The notes beneath the pieces were generated by a model. That model saw only the letters and a program-made list of their open reading frames with translations. It had not been told where the DNA came from and made no database searches. Below are positions 33,901 to 45,200 of a stretch of DNA of 64,000 nt, one piece after another. The stretch covers positions 1-64,000 of the forward strand of contig KZ537969.1 in the NCBI GenBank assembly GCA_000934665.2. Reading direction: 5' to 3'. Within the stretch, counting starts at the first letter, position 1; each line of letters starts with the position of its first letter. The position numbers and the translations under genes were made by a program. Origin of the DNA: Catajapyx aquilonaris. Taxonomy: Eukaryota.

Positions 33901-36900
33901 GAAGGAGCGCACTGAGAAGGAGGTGGGCACTCTGAAGGCACGCAAAGCTGGACTCACAGTTGAAGAGCATGTCATGATGCTGCAGCTGAAGCAGGCCAAG
34001 GAGATTGTTGCAGGGAGGAGGAAAGAGGTGAGACAGTTGGCATTTGTGTGCAGTCAGTGGAAGAGAAGTCTGCAGTCGAGTCTTGCATGAGCTTTAAAAG
34101 AAAATGTTTATTTTTCCAGCTTCTACTCGGATGGTCTTAAATTTTAATCACCCAGAGTTACTTGAAAAATAATATTCGCATTTAATGTTGGAGAATTTGT
34201 GGGCTCACACTTACATTTCATTCCATGCATTTCGACTCAATTCTCAGGTGTACAGCCTAGAGAAGCAGAGAATGGAAATGGAGAAAAGTATGCAGGAGCG
34301 GGAGCAAGAGATTGCGATGCACCAGGGCGTGCTAACTGCACAAAAAAGGGCCTTGGAGGAAGAGGTTCGCGCATTGCGAATTGAGTTAAACGAACATGAT
34401 GCCAGGAACTTGCAGCTTAAGAAGAGGTATGAGATCATCATGGCTAGCATGGGGGCTGGCGGTGGAGAACATGGGACGCTAGGCGGACCTGATGAGGGAA
34501 AGTCATATGCCTACTACCTGATCAAGGCTGCCCAGGAGAAGGAGGAGCTGCAGAGGAAAGGGGACGCGGTGGACAGGCAGATCCGGAAAGTGGAGTGGGA
34601 GCTCCAACTTCTGGAGAACACCGTCAAGAAGGTTTATGGAGCCAACAAAATCGCCAGGGGATCCCTCTTGGGGAAGTTTGAATCACTTACAGGCGCTGAT
34701 GGGGGGGATCAGGCTGTGGAGCTGGAGAGGTCCTACTCAGACTTGGTTGTCGAATACAAAGAGAGGAGAAAGGAGTCTCTCTCTGTCCAAAACTCCTTGC
34801 AGGTGCGTATGCAGGGTTACCCTTCGCTGTTCTACCTAATCAGGTTCAGATGAGTGGCAATTTAAGAGGTGCCAACCACCTATACAGCAATCATTAAGGT
34901 TTCTTCTGTAAAATTTGGTTTGATTCTGTGTGACTTTTTTCACTTACATGTCACAATTTTAAAAACACAATTTTCTCAGGGCCATTTTCTCGAACAGTGG
35001 TTCAAATGTAAACCGGGTTCAAAGGCAGTTTAATCCCTGATTTGATTGTTGTTAGGCTGTTGTCAAGGGTTTAAACCAGCTTTGAACCGGGTTTACATTT
35101 GAACCACTGTTCGAGAAAACGGCCCTCAGTGTAGCAAGTGGCTAAATGAGACCAACAAATTTTTGCTCATGGCAGCAATTTTCTTCTCTTGTGCAAAAAC
35201 TCTTTTAAAAAATCCTGCTTACCTTGACTGCTTGATATCAGTATGAAGGACTTCTCTGAAATGTCATCAATAAGTCCTGCCCAAAAATGAGAACAACATG
35301 GCAGTTTATGCAGGGTGGGGCAAAAGTCATGGGCGGATAAAAACGACGCAGCATGGCGTAAGTAACGAACGATTATATTTAAAATAAATCACACTACACA
35401 GAGAAAGATATGCCATTTATGGATCAAGGTCCAAAAAAGCCGGATAGATGTCCACTTTCCGGGCAACACATTCCTCCAAGCGCCGGACGAAACCCTTCAT
35501 AACGCACTCCAGCATGTCCAGGGCAATGTTTCTCATGGCGAGTCTTATCTCAAGATCAGCCAATTATGTGTGGCGAACACCAAACTCTTCAGGTACCCCC
35601 ACAAGAAGAAGTCGGGGGTGGTCAAATCCGGCAACTGGGGTGGCCATGGAATGTCCCCAAATCTCGAAATGACCCACCCTGGAAACACTTGACTTTTAAT
35701 TTGTTTGGTGTTCACCACACATCCTCAGTCATTGGCTGATCTTAAGGATCGGGTAAGACACTCCGTGAGAAACATTCCCCTGGACATGCTGGAGCGTGTT
35801 ACAAAGGGTTTCGTCCAGTGCTTGGAGGAATGTGTTGCCCCCAAAGGTGGACATCTATCCAGTGTTGTTTTCAAGAAGTGACTTTTTTGGACCTTGATTC
35901 ATAAATGGCATACCTTTCTCTATGTAGCCACTGTAGCGGAATTTTTAAAAATATAATCGTTCGCTACTTACGCCATGCTGCGTCGTTTTTATCTGCCCAT
36001 GACTTTTGCCCCACCCTGTACTTACATGTCATTTAGTCACTAGCCGCACATTTAGAAGGAAATCCTCCTTCTCTTAGTACTCCTGGTGAAGTTAACTGAA
36101 ACTCGAGCCAAGTAGTGGCTTAATGCCAGTAATTTATGCTTCGCCCCTCATTACTGTTACAGGAATACGAAGCTGCCTTGGCCAATGTGAGTGAAGAGAT
36201 GAAGCAACTCGAATTGAGATGCAAATCATGCCAGGATGAGCTGCTGTATTTGAAGAAGGAATTGTACAGCCAGGGTGATAAGGAAAAGAGAGTCGCCAGG
36301 CAAGTGAAGAGGCTGCAGTTTGAGTTGCAGGATATGATAGGGCCCAAGCAGTTAAGCTTAATTGAGGTATGGTGATCCAGGAGATTTTATTCTGCTTTCA
36401 ATCATTCTAACCCAGCAATCGAAAAATGTATACATGATGCTATTTAATAAATGATATTTAATTATGACATAAAATTGCAAATAATGCATAATATGCATTA
36501 TTTACAATTTTATGTCATTATTTCCTATGAAACATTCATCTAATTGGCAGGATGAATATCATGAATAATGTAGCAACCTGCTTGCTTAATGATTCGGTGC
36601 ATAACTTGAACAACATAGCAATAAATGCTACAAATAATAGCAGGTATTCACTGTTTATACTAGAGCAATGGAGTATCTGCAGTGCATCCTACTCTGACCT
36701 GGTGTGAAAAGGTATCATCAATGAAATTCAGTTGTCATGATGGTATGGGAACATGCAAATACTGTGCACTACTTTACATATAACAGAGTGGAAATTTTAA
36801 GATGCGCAACAATATTGTAAGGGTCATTTTTGACATCTTGAAGACATTGCAAAACTATACAACTATCTAACACTTCTGCCCCCATGTCATCAGTTGAGCC

Positions 36901-38385
36901 TTTCCCTGCGAGAAAGAAAGGAAAGCAACAGTGCTGCCCTTGGAGTCTTGTTGGACGTGTCTGATGGTCGTCCTGAAATTCTTGAGATGATCAACTCGCT
37001 GGTCAAGGATTTTGGCTTGAAGCTTTCAGGGAGCCATTTATCCGTAGCCACTGCTTCAAGAGTGAGCTTGACGGAAAGATCCTCAGGCAGGTCGGAGCCT
37101 TCAAGTGGAGGAAATGCGACCCCTGCCAGTACTTCCTCTCCTGTTGCCGTTTCCATTACTCGTACACGTCCTCCAAGTGCTCAAAGTATTCCGAGTAGTG
37201 CAGAATATCCCGAACTCATCTTACAAGGATCCAGTCATAAACCCTCTGTTAATAGACTGGGAGAGCCTTTGCCTAAAGGTAAATAATGCACACTACATAG
37301 TATGTGCCAACAGAAAAAATCATGATGTACGTACTTTAAAAAACCATGAACCTGCGTGTACACTAAATTGTATATCCCATTTTGATCCATATGGTTTTTT
37401 TTTTTGTTTTTTTTTGCATTACCCCATATCTACACATATATGGGGGGTGGATTACCACCATCGGAATTATTTTTTTGGAGCGAGTCAAGATTAAACTTGT
37501 TAGTATGCTCCAAGGTAGTTAGGAGGGGATGTGCAAAGTGCGTGTGCGCTGTCGAGTAGTGGTCATTTTGTGAACTCCCCCGGGTGGCTTAGTCTATCGG
37601 AAATTGCCACCCGAAACGAAGCCAGAGATGGCCCAACTCTGCACGAAAGAAGGTGGGAACCCCGGGTGGGGATTGAACCCGGGACCTTAACTTCCGTGGG
37701 CGCGCGCGTTACCGCGGCGCCACTCCGTCTCCCTCATTTTGATCCATATTGCATTGATAAGATAACATTGTGGGAATGTTGTGGGGAGTTAGTGTGTGTC
37801 AGATTATAGAAATTGGGCTAGGATCAAATGTTGTATTGCCCACATGTACAGTCGCAGCTTGCTACAGTGGCTTATACTTATATCCATGGAAAGTGACCTT
37901 TCAGGTCAGCGCCGAGCGTACTTGCATCTGGGAACTGGGAGGATTTTCAGAGAGATGGCAACCTCTGTTTATGGATGGGGAACATTGTTCTCTCGATCTG
38001 CACTTTAGAAATGTGAGAGATGCCAATTCAAAATTTAACATCCAGAGTCTTCCCCAGTCATCATGAGGTGCAGGTTAGTTCCCGAAAGAAAATAGGCTCA
38101 CCCCTGGCTGGACAGGTCACTTCCCACGGATATAAGAATAGGCAGTAAAGGGAATCTGTGCACTGAGAAATGTTGTAAAAGCAGGGTTCATGTTTATCCT
38201 AGCCATCCACAAGTCGATGTCTGGCACAGATTATGGGGTGCATTTGTACACTAGCAAAGAATGAAACAACTGAATTACACTTTTTAGCACCATCTGAGGA
38301 TCAGCCTCAGGACCTGCCTAAGGACCCGCCTCAGGACCCGCCTAAGGACCCACCTCAGGATCCACCTGAGAGAGACACCAACTAG
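30934..38385 (+). CDS. CCDC39: Coiled-coil domain-containing protein 39 (axonemal ruler, ~970-1000 aa)
   Basis: Exons 30934-31032, 31104-31223, 31774-32289, 32861-33436, 33578-34027, 34248-34802, 36163-36366, then 36894-37286 (stop) or 36894-37278 spliced to 38288-38385. Motifs W...F.FPIANAENKRLE, WNQEAIDVWL, KYQHDDDNRLK, QWE.T, LKKRYEI, SYAYYLIKAAQEKEELQRKGD..D..IRK.E.EL..LENT. Confidence 0.9.
32411..32481. repeat. 71-nt near-perfect hairpin in CCDC39 intron 3
   Basis: 29-bp arms (28/29 paired) TCTGCACATAGCGATAAGGTCAAGTTTCT / AGAAACTTGACCTTATCGCTATATGCAGA with a 13-nt loop. Confidence 0.85.
34979..35125. mobile_element. PIF/Harbinger-type palindromic MITE
   Basis: About 46-bp TIRs starting GGGCC(A/G)TTTTCTCGAACAGTGGTTCAAATGTAAACC; 3-bp TSD TCA on both sides. 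Confidence 0.85.
35311..36018. mobile_element. Fold-back derivative of a Tc1/mariner-superfamily transposon (two 3' ends)
   Basis: About 275-315-bp inverted arms beginning CAGGGTGGGGCAAAAGTCATGGGC; right flank TA. Both arms encode the transposase C-terminus (..IPLDMLERV..ECVA.KGGHLS). The left arm extends to ISRFGDIPWPPQLPDLTTPDFFLWGYLK on the minus strand. Confidence 0.85.
37393..37734 (-). mobile_element. tRNA-derived SINE, poly(A)-tailed copy
   Basis: Same head and core as 20959-21310 (B box GGTTCAATCC), T-run tail on + strand, 15-bp TSD CATTTTGATCCATAT at 37378-37392 and 37735-37749. Confidence 0.88.
38305..38370 (+). repeat. 12-bp tandem repeat encoding P(Q/K)DP units
   Basis: CCT(C/A)AGGA(C/T)C(C/T)(G/A) repeated five times. 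Confidence 0.8.
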
Positions 38386-40662
38386 GATGGCAGTCAACCG
38401 ATGCTGGGAAAGTAGCTGCCCTGAATCTGAGAATCACACATGCCTTCAGTACTATCTGGTCATCATTCGTGCAGCAAGAAGGTCGGTTCTCTCCAGAGGA
38501 TCAATTTTTAAAAGCAACTATGACAATTATTTACACCAAAAGCTGCTGAGCTACCTAAAACACCAGATGCACGGAGTTTTGTTGATTTTGTACGTGCAAT
38601 TCTAGCATTTTAATTATAAATCATATTTCATTAAATTTAATATCTGGTTGTAACGGTATCTTGCTCAGCACTGCTTCTTGGTGGTACATCGTCATTACAC
38701 GTAGAGGAGAGTCATATACCACAAGAGATGAAATAAATTGCAGCAAATTACTTGTTTTAGGATTATTAATTTGATTTTTGAATCATGTGGTGTTTATTCT
38801 GTGGGGTGTTTTCAGGATAGCACGTGAGATGTGACCAGTCTACCTAATGTGCTTGGCATCAAGGGTGGATCGTACCCTCCCCACCTCATAAATGATTGAA
38901 TGTAAATGTGCTACATCTGCGGGGACGGAACTGTATTATAGTGGTTATTGCCACAGCTTTCCACTGCTGAGGTCCTGCGTTCAATCCTGGGTGGATCTAG
39001 GGTATTCGCTTGTGGAAAGAATTTTGATGCCTTCTCTCCGAGTTCCCTTGGGTTTCATCAGTGTCCTCTTTTTTCACACTTTCAGAATCCATCAGTTCAG
39101 AAGTTCAAGCAGGGTGTTGAAAATAATATTTCCTGAAATCCGTGAGGTGTCTATTGGGCTACATTTGCCCTGGAGACTTTTACACTCTCATGACAGTTAT
39201 AAGCAAATTGCAAATGTGAAAATGGCAGGACATGTGATATTGCGCTTTAATTAGACTAAAGGTGCACCTGTGCACTGCATGGGAATTGGAAAACAGTTAC
39301 ATTCATGATTGGTTGTACAGTATTTTGCATCAATTTCTCATGAATGAAATGCATCACATGCATGGTTGCCAAGTCCAGGGCTATGAATTTTTTAAAGGTA
39401 GGATTGCAAGGTGGCAAGAACAGAGTAGTTGCAAGTGAATTTGGGGTGCAAGAAAATGTATTATTGTGTGTCATCTATTTTTTTTTTTTTTTTGAAAAAG
39501 CGATTTTACTCTTGTTGGGGTCCCGAGAGGACAGTGAGAGGTAAGGGACGCCAAATAATTTATTTTCTCACGATTAGAATTTGTTTGCATGTGCCAGCTC
39601 TGTTTCGATTTGGCTTTGAAAACCATTACTGGGATTTTACAACTTTCCTGATAGAACCCCCGCCTGGCTATCATCATCCACTGGACATGGCCAAACTAGT
39701 TTTTAGCTTTTTCCAAAGTGTATTGTTTGAAATGTGTCAATTCACTGTACCATATCCATTGTGATGTCATATCCATTCCTCCATTTCAATTATTGTGGCA
39801 GTGACTACCAAGAGCAGACAAAGTAAAAAATGATTTTTGTTTGTTTGTTTTTAACGGAACTTATGAGATCACAGAGCAGTGCGTAGTGGCACTGCTATTA
39901 TGATGTGCCTAAATGTGATTGACAAATGCTTTTTTTTCCCTACCCCAATTGCAAGCACACAAAAAGTCAATTGCCGCCATTCACCCCGTGATCTTGACCT
40001 TCATTTTCTAACCTTCCTTGCCCCACTCCCCAAGTGTGAACCTCATCTATCCGCATTCCAACTTGGCCTGCGGATAATATCATATCCAGGTTTGTTTTTC
40101 GCTCCCATTTTTTTCCATTCTATTTTGGTGGTGGCAGCGACTTTTATGACGTACTTGCGCAATCATCTCCCAGCATTGTGAATCTCATGTTCTTGGACCA
40201 AGTCATATTTATGTCTGAGGAAATGTACAGAATAATAGTGAGGGTTTTACAGTGGTATTTGGCTGTGTCGTGGTGTTGTAAGCAAACAGACACATTTTTG
40301 CCAAATAATAATTTCAACCCGTGCGGAGTTGCTTGCACTTCAGAGATTTATCCTGTAAGTTAGATCTCCTCTGTGACTATGGGTGATTCTAGATTTAGAG
40401 TAATTGATAAAAATTAGACCCATTTACATTGATTAGTATAAAATGTTATTTTCAGTATATCCAGTATGTTGCGCTATTGACATGTGATCTTCATTATATT
40501 CTGAGTTCAGAATATTATTGAATTTTTTGTTCCAACTGTAGCCAGACAACTGGCTCATTACCACTTTTTTTGTCACATTTGTTTTTCAGCAGACTTAATT
40601 TGCCAGGGGTGACCTCATCCACAAGAGAAATTGAAAGAATCTTCCGCCTTTTAAGACTTTAA

Positions 40663-41526
40663 CCCGTCACCCATTTTGCAATCACTCTTCTTCCCCATAT
40701 TGTTCCTGCCCATCTTTTTTCAAGTGAAAAAATAAGGGTAGTGTGCAGGGTTTCGACCCCATGACATAAATAATTTCAAGGACTCGAAGACTGGCGACGT
40801 TTTTATGGGTCGTACAGTGCTTTATGATGTAATGAAATAGATTTGGGGCGCCCGGGGGGGGGGGGGGGGGGGGGNCCTCACCCAACCCACACACACTGCA
40901 TTTGGTACGGGTTTTTCTTCCGTATGCAGATGCCCTTCTGTTGCATGTCACGGCAAGGACACATTGTTGCTTGGTATGTGTGCAAGTACGGTGCAGTTAA
41001 CTACCGGGTGAAATTTCATGTGGGAAGATTATCAGTTCCGTGAGTCAGTGGCCTTTAAAAGGGTGTACACATTGACCGAAACATTTACGTCCGATGCAAT
41101 ATCACCCGGAAATATATCAGTACGATGTAGGCTATATTTTTGTCAAAAAAAAGTAACAAAATTAATTCGTCCGATGTACCGGTATACGATACCCAAGAAT
41201 CGGACGTAGGACGAAATATCACTTCGGACGAAAATGGGAAAAAATTGCGCAGACATCAACAATTAAAGGCTAGTGACGTCAGTACTATTCTAAAGACTGC
41301 ACACATTAAAATGTGAGATTGAGTGAAATTTATGCGAAATTTTGGGCGAAAATATTTCAGACGAAGTGTTATGTAAACGTTTGCACAGCTCGAAGGTCAA
41401 AAATTATTGTGACGTCACAAAATTTGGTTTAATTGCGGGTTGCATTAGTGTCAATGAATACTGTAAGAGTGCAATCAATCAGGTTTCCTTTTCGGTCGAT
41501 GCATCAGGCGAAAATAGTCAAAGGGG
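40663..41526 (-). mobile_element. Possible non-autonomous piggyBac relic
   Basis: TTAA|CCC ... GGG|TTAA boundaries with weak terminal similarity. Minus-strand fragment QQCV..C...RKTRTKCSVCG resembles the piggyBac C-terminal Cys-rich domain. Confidence 0.45.
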
Positions 41527-42212
41527 TTAAGTACAGTACAAGGTTTATTATCTGGCTTTGTAACAGCTACACAATTTTCCAACAGTCTCTTGTGAGTTTC
41601 TGAAATAGGTTTTACAGTATTTACAGGAAAGGGTGGGCCTTACTTGCTATTAAAAAAATGACACTGATAATTTACGAGAAGTCAGAAATAATAATAATAG
41701 AGAGAGGAAACAATAACGAAACCGGAAGAAACTACTCTTACTTTTACACCTCTCAAGGAGCACCACTCATCTTGGAATTTATTACTTTACATCTGTGTCT
41801 CTCTGTGTGTATAGTTAACCAAAGAAGTTGACGTCACGATTTCCTGTCCAACAGGAATCAGTTCCACACTTGTTGGTATTTGCTGCTGCCATGGCCGGAG
41901 ACTGATCGTGGCGTTACTTCTTCCTTCAGAAGAGGCTTATCTGTTCTGAAATTATGATGACATAAGTACCTGTGAAGCCATCAGATCTTTCTAAAGGGCT
42001 GGTGGATGTCCGAAACATTTTTTGACAACATCTTCAGGTATTGGACAATTATTTTCTTATAAATAATGTACATGCCAACTGTTTTTGTTTTTTTTAAATA
42101 CACGGATGATGACATGGAATTAAAGGCGCCGCCAAATGTACAATATCCACCTCAGGTGGATCAGGAGATCATATGAGTAGAGTAGTTTTTTCCCGTGTTG
42201 CTTGTGTACAGG

Positions 42213-45200
42213 TTACCTGGCTGGTCGCGAATGAGCGATGCGAAACAGTCCGAAGAAGCTCTTCTCCGGCAGGAAAATGGAGTACCTCATGGCCTCCACG
42301 TCTCGGATATACACCTGGTCACCAGCTTTGAGGAAGGTGACCCCCGCAGTGTAGCATGTGTTGACCTTATTGCGCTGCCCATGATGGGTCTCTCCCATCG
42401 ATGTGCACTGCAGAAGAGGCTCGTCTCGGGCGTACACTTTGAACCCATTCACCTCATGTTCATCCACATAGTTGATCTGAAGAGAAAGGTAAGGCCTCAA
42501 TCACTATTAGATTTGTAATTCTCATTATTGTTGTTGCGGATGTTTTTGCTTTTTATTCTTTCGTGTGTTTTTTAAGAATGTCTCATTGTAGGCTGCTCAG
42601 AGCACCGTATAGAGTCAACAGAGGTCGGCAGCAAATCAGTCTATCTCCATCAGTGGGGGAGGGATAAGGTCCATTAAAGGGGATGACGACTCAGTGTCTC
42701 CTATGCCCACACCTGTGGCCATCTCAAGAACTGGAGGCCTATATGGAGTCCGACCTTTCCCAGCACCGCCTCCCTACAAGGAAATATTCGCCAATTTTCT
42801 ACCCGCACGTGACTCAAATGCGTCACAACTCTTTGCACTGATTAGTATTATTAGGGAAATAAGTGTTTGTTGTTCTGCACGCCGTTTTTTCGATCTGATC
42901 GGAACTACGTTTTATTGCTGCCATACCTGTAGACAATGGATGTGTTTCCCCTTCAAGCGTTGAACTTAGGGGTGCGAATGATGGTATTTCGGCGAAGGCG
43001 AACCGGCCCGCCTACACATCATGGGGTGCGATTAGACAAAACCGGTAGCTGAGGTCTTAGCACCATCCCCCCCCCCCCTCCTCTCTCTTTACTAATAATT
43101 AGTGCCTTTCAATTATTTCGATCGGGCCTTATCTAGGGGAGGATAATTATGCCGGTTTTATAACCTGACGTTACTTATCCAGTAAAGCTTGCTCTCCCAT
43201 TGATTCAATCAGTGGCCAATAAAACGGTTGGGCAAGAAACCAAATGTGCTCGACCATTCGTAAATTCTGCATACCGGTAGTTAGTTATAACAGCTGCAAA
43301 TTTTCATTCCGCTCGATACATGCTCAGATATGCTTTCCATTGAACCGAATGTAATCAGCTAATATCTGCTATAAAAGGAACTGCTTTAAATATGAATTTT
43401 GGTGATAAAACTCTCTAGTAACTCTTTTAATTGGAACACCCTACACTATACCCATAATGCTGCTGTTGGTGTGCATGTATGGCTTTCGGGTAACCGCACT
43501 AGTACTGTCCGTATTGTGGCCCTACCAGGCACGGTCCGTCGCACTTGCTTGGGCCTGTAACCATGGATAAATTTCCCAAAATGGCTCATTTGAATGTATA
43601 AAGTTATAGGTCAGGACATGTTATTTTTGAATAGGTCTACAGCTTCGGTCGATCCCATTTGTTGTCAACAGACAGTAAAAGATTAACCCCCGTGCCAGTG
43701 CATGTGGGTCAGATACCCCGATGAATGGTGGGATGGACATCCTGGCGCCAGGCAATGGCTCCAGCATGGCTCCTTTTTCATGGCACTCGTTCGCCTTCGA
43801 ACGATATCAAAGCCATCTCTGGCCACGACTTCTTTATATTGATTACACATGGTCAAATCCGACCCCTTTCTACTCATATTGTACAGGGTGAGACAAATTT
43901 TCTATCCGCCCAAGGGATGTGCACCCTTGATCGCGATGGCCATCAAGTCAGCCCCTAAACTCGTTTGGACTAATCCGACCAATCAGTCACCATGTTGACA
44001 TCAAGGGAAAGCAATGGCCACCTCTGGTATTGCCCTTCGAGGAATCAGCAGGAGGGAATAATTGGGCTACTCTGATTATTCGATGGGTATAATGTGGGGT
44101 GAGGTTGTACCTTCCCCTGAAAACATTTTTCGAATGGAAAATAAGTATTCTTGTCAATTGTATTTAGCACCCTTTCCGGTGAATTGAACGGTGGAATAAG
44201 CAGGAAAACAGTGTTTATTATTCCGTTCACACTAAAGGTTGTCATAAACAGGTTGAGCTTCCAATTAATTAATTATCCAGCACCACCTCCACATTGCAAA
44301 CAACTATGGGAAAAAAATCGCTGAAACCATCATAAACCTACTTTTTTATGAGTGAACAAAGTGGGGTATCAACCCTCACTTTCAACCTTGAAACAGTAGG
44401 ATTCTTGCTACAGGGTGTACCCAAAAATAATTGCGCGGGTTGTAGTGGGCGAGCTTTCTCTTCATCAGTCAGTGACAAGCCAGTGATCCGGTTGCGTAAC
44501 CGTGGGACAAAAGGGCGACAGAATGGTGGAGGAACGCAAAAAAAATAAGATTGGAGGTCAAGAATGCAAAGGTTGAGAATTCTGATGGCCGTCAAGGGTG
44601 GGCGGGGAGCGGTCATATATTATTCAACGCCCCCCCCCCCTCCCTCCCAATGTGAAATCAGACTCCCCGATCGCATTTGTCCCCATAACCTGCTACCTGC
44701 GACCTACGCCAAGGACTCTGCAGGGACCCCCAACAATCGTTTAGCCTACACCATTATTGGGGAGAGTTGGACCTCTCACGGTATAATTACAAGTCAGGAA
44801 CGAAAAATGGTGTTGGGTTTTTCCATTCCTATAGCTTTGTAAATGCTGGTCACGTCCGGAAAAAAAGTGCATTCTCTGCTAGGACGAAACGAGGGGTTGA
44901 CCTTTACCGTGGTCGTAACACCACGTTTGAGACGCTGGCCTCGATTTGATCGCGTGTCGGGTGTTGTATATCGTACCATAAAATATTGTTATTTGTAGAT
45001 ATTTAATATATTAATAATACAATATTTTGTGGCGTCTGTAAGCTCGTGAGTGGCAGATCTTCACGGAGAATTTGGGGAATCGGATTAGACAAGAGTGAGT
45101 TGTTTCCACCGTGTCCGAGTGCATGCCCCGCCTATAAAACCCGATGACAGCGACAGTAAGATGGTTGACCCCTGCCGAGCCGCGCCGCATAAAGAAGTCG

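Noticed and set aside
40853..40876. Long G run with an N
   Set aside because: Homopolymer with an assembly ambiguity; length unreliable.
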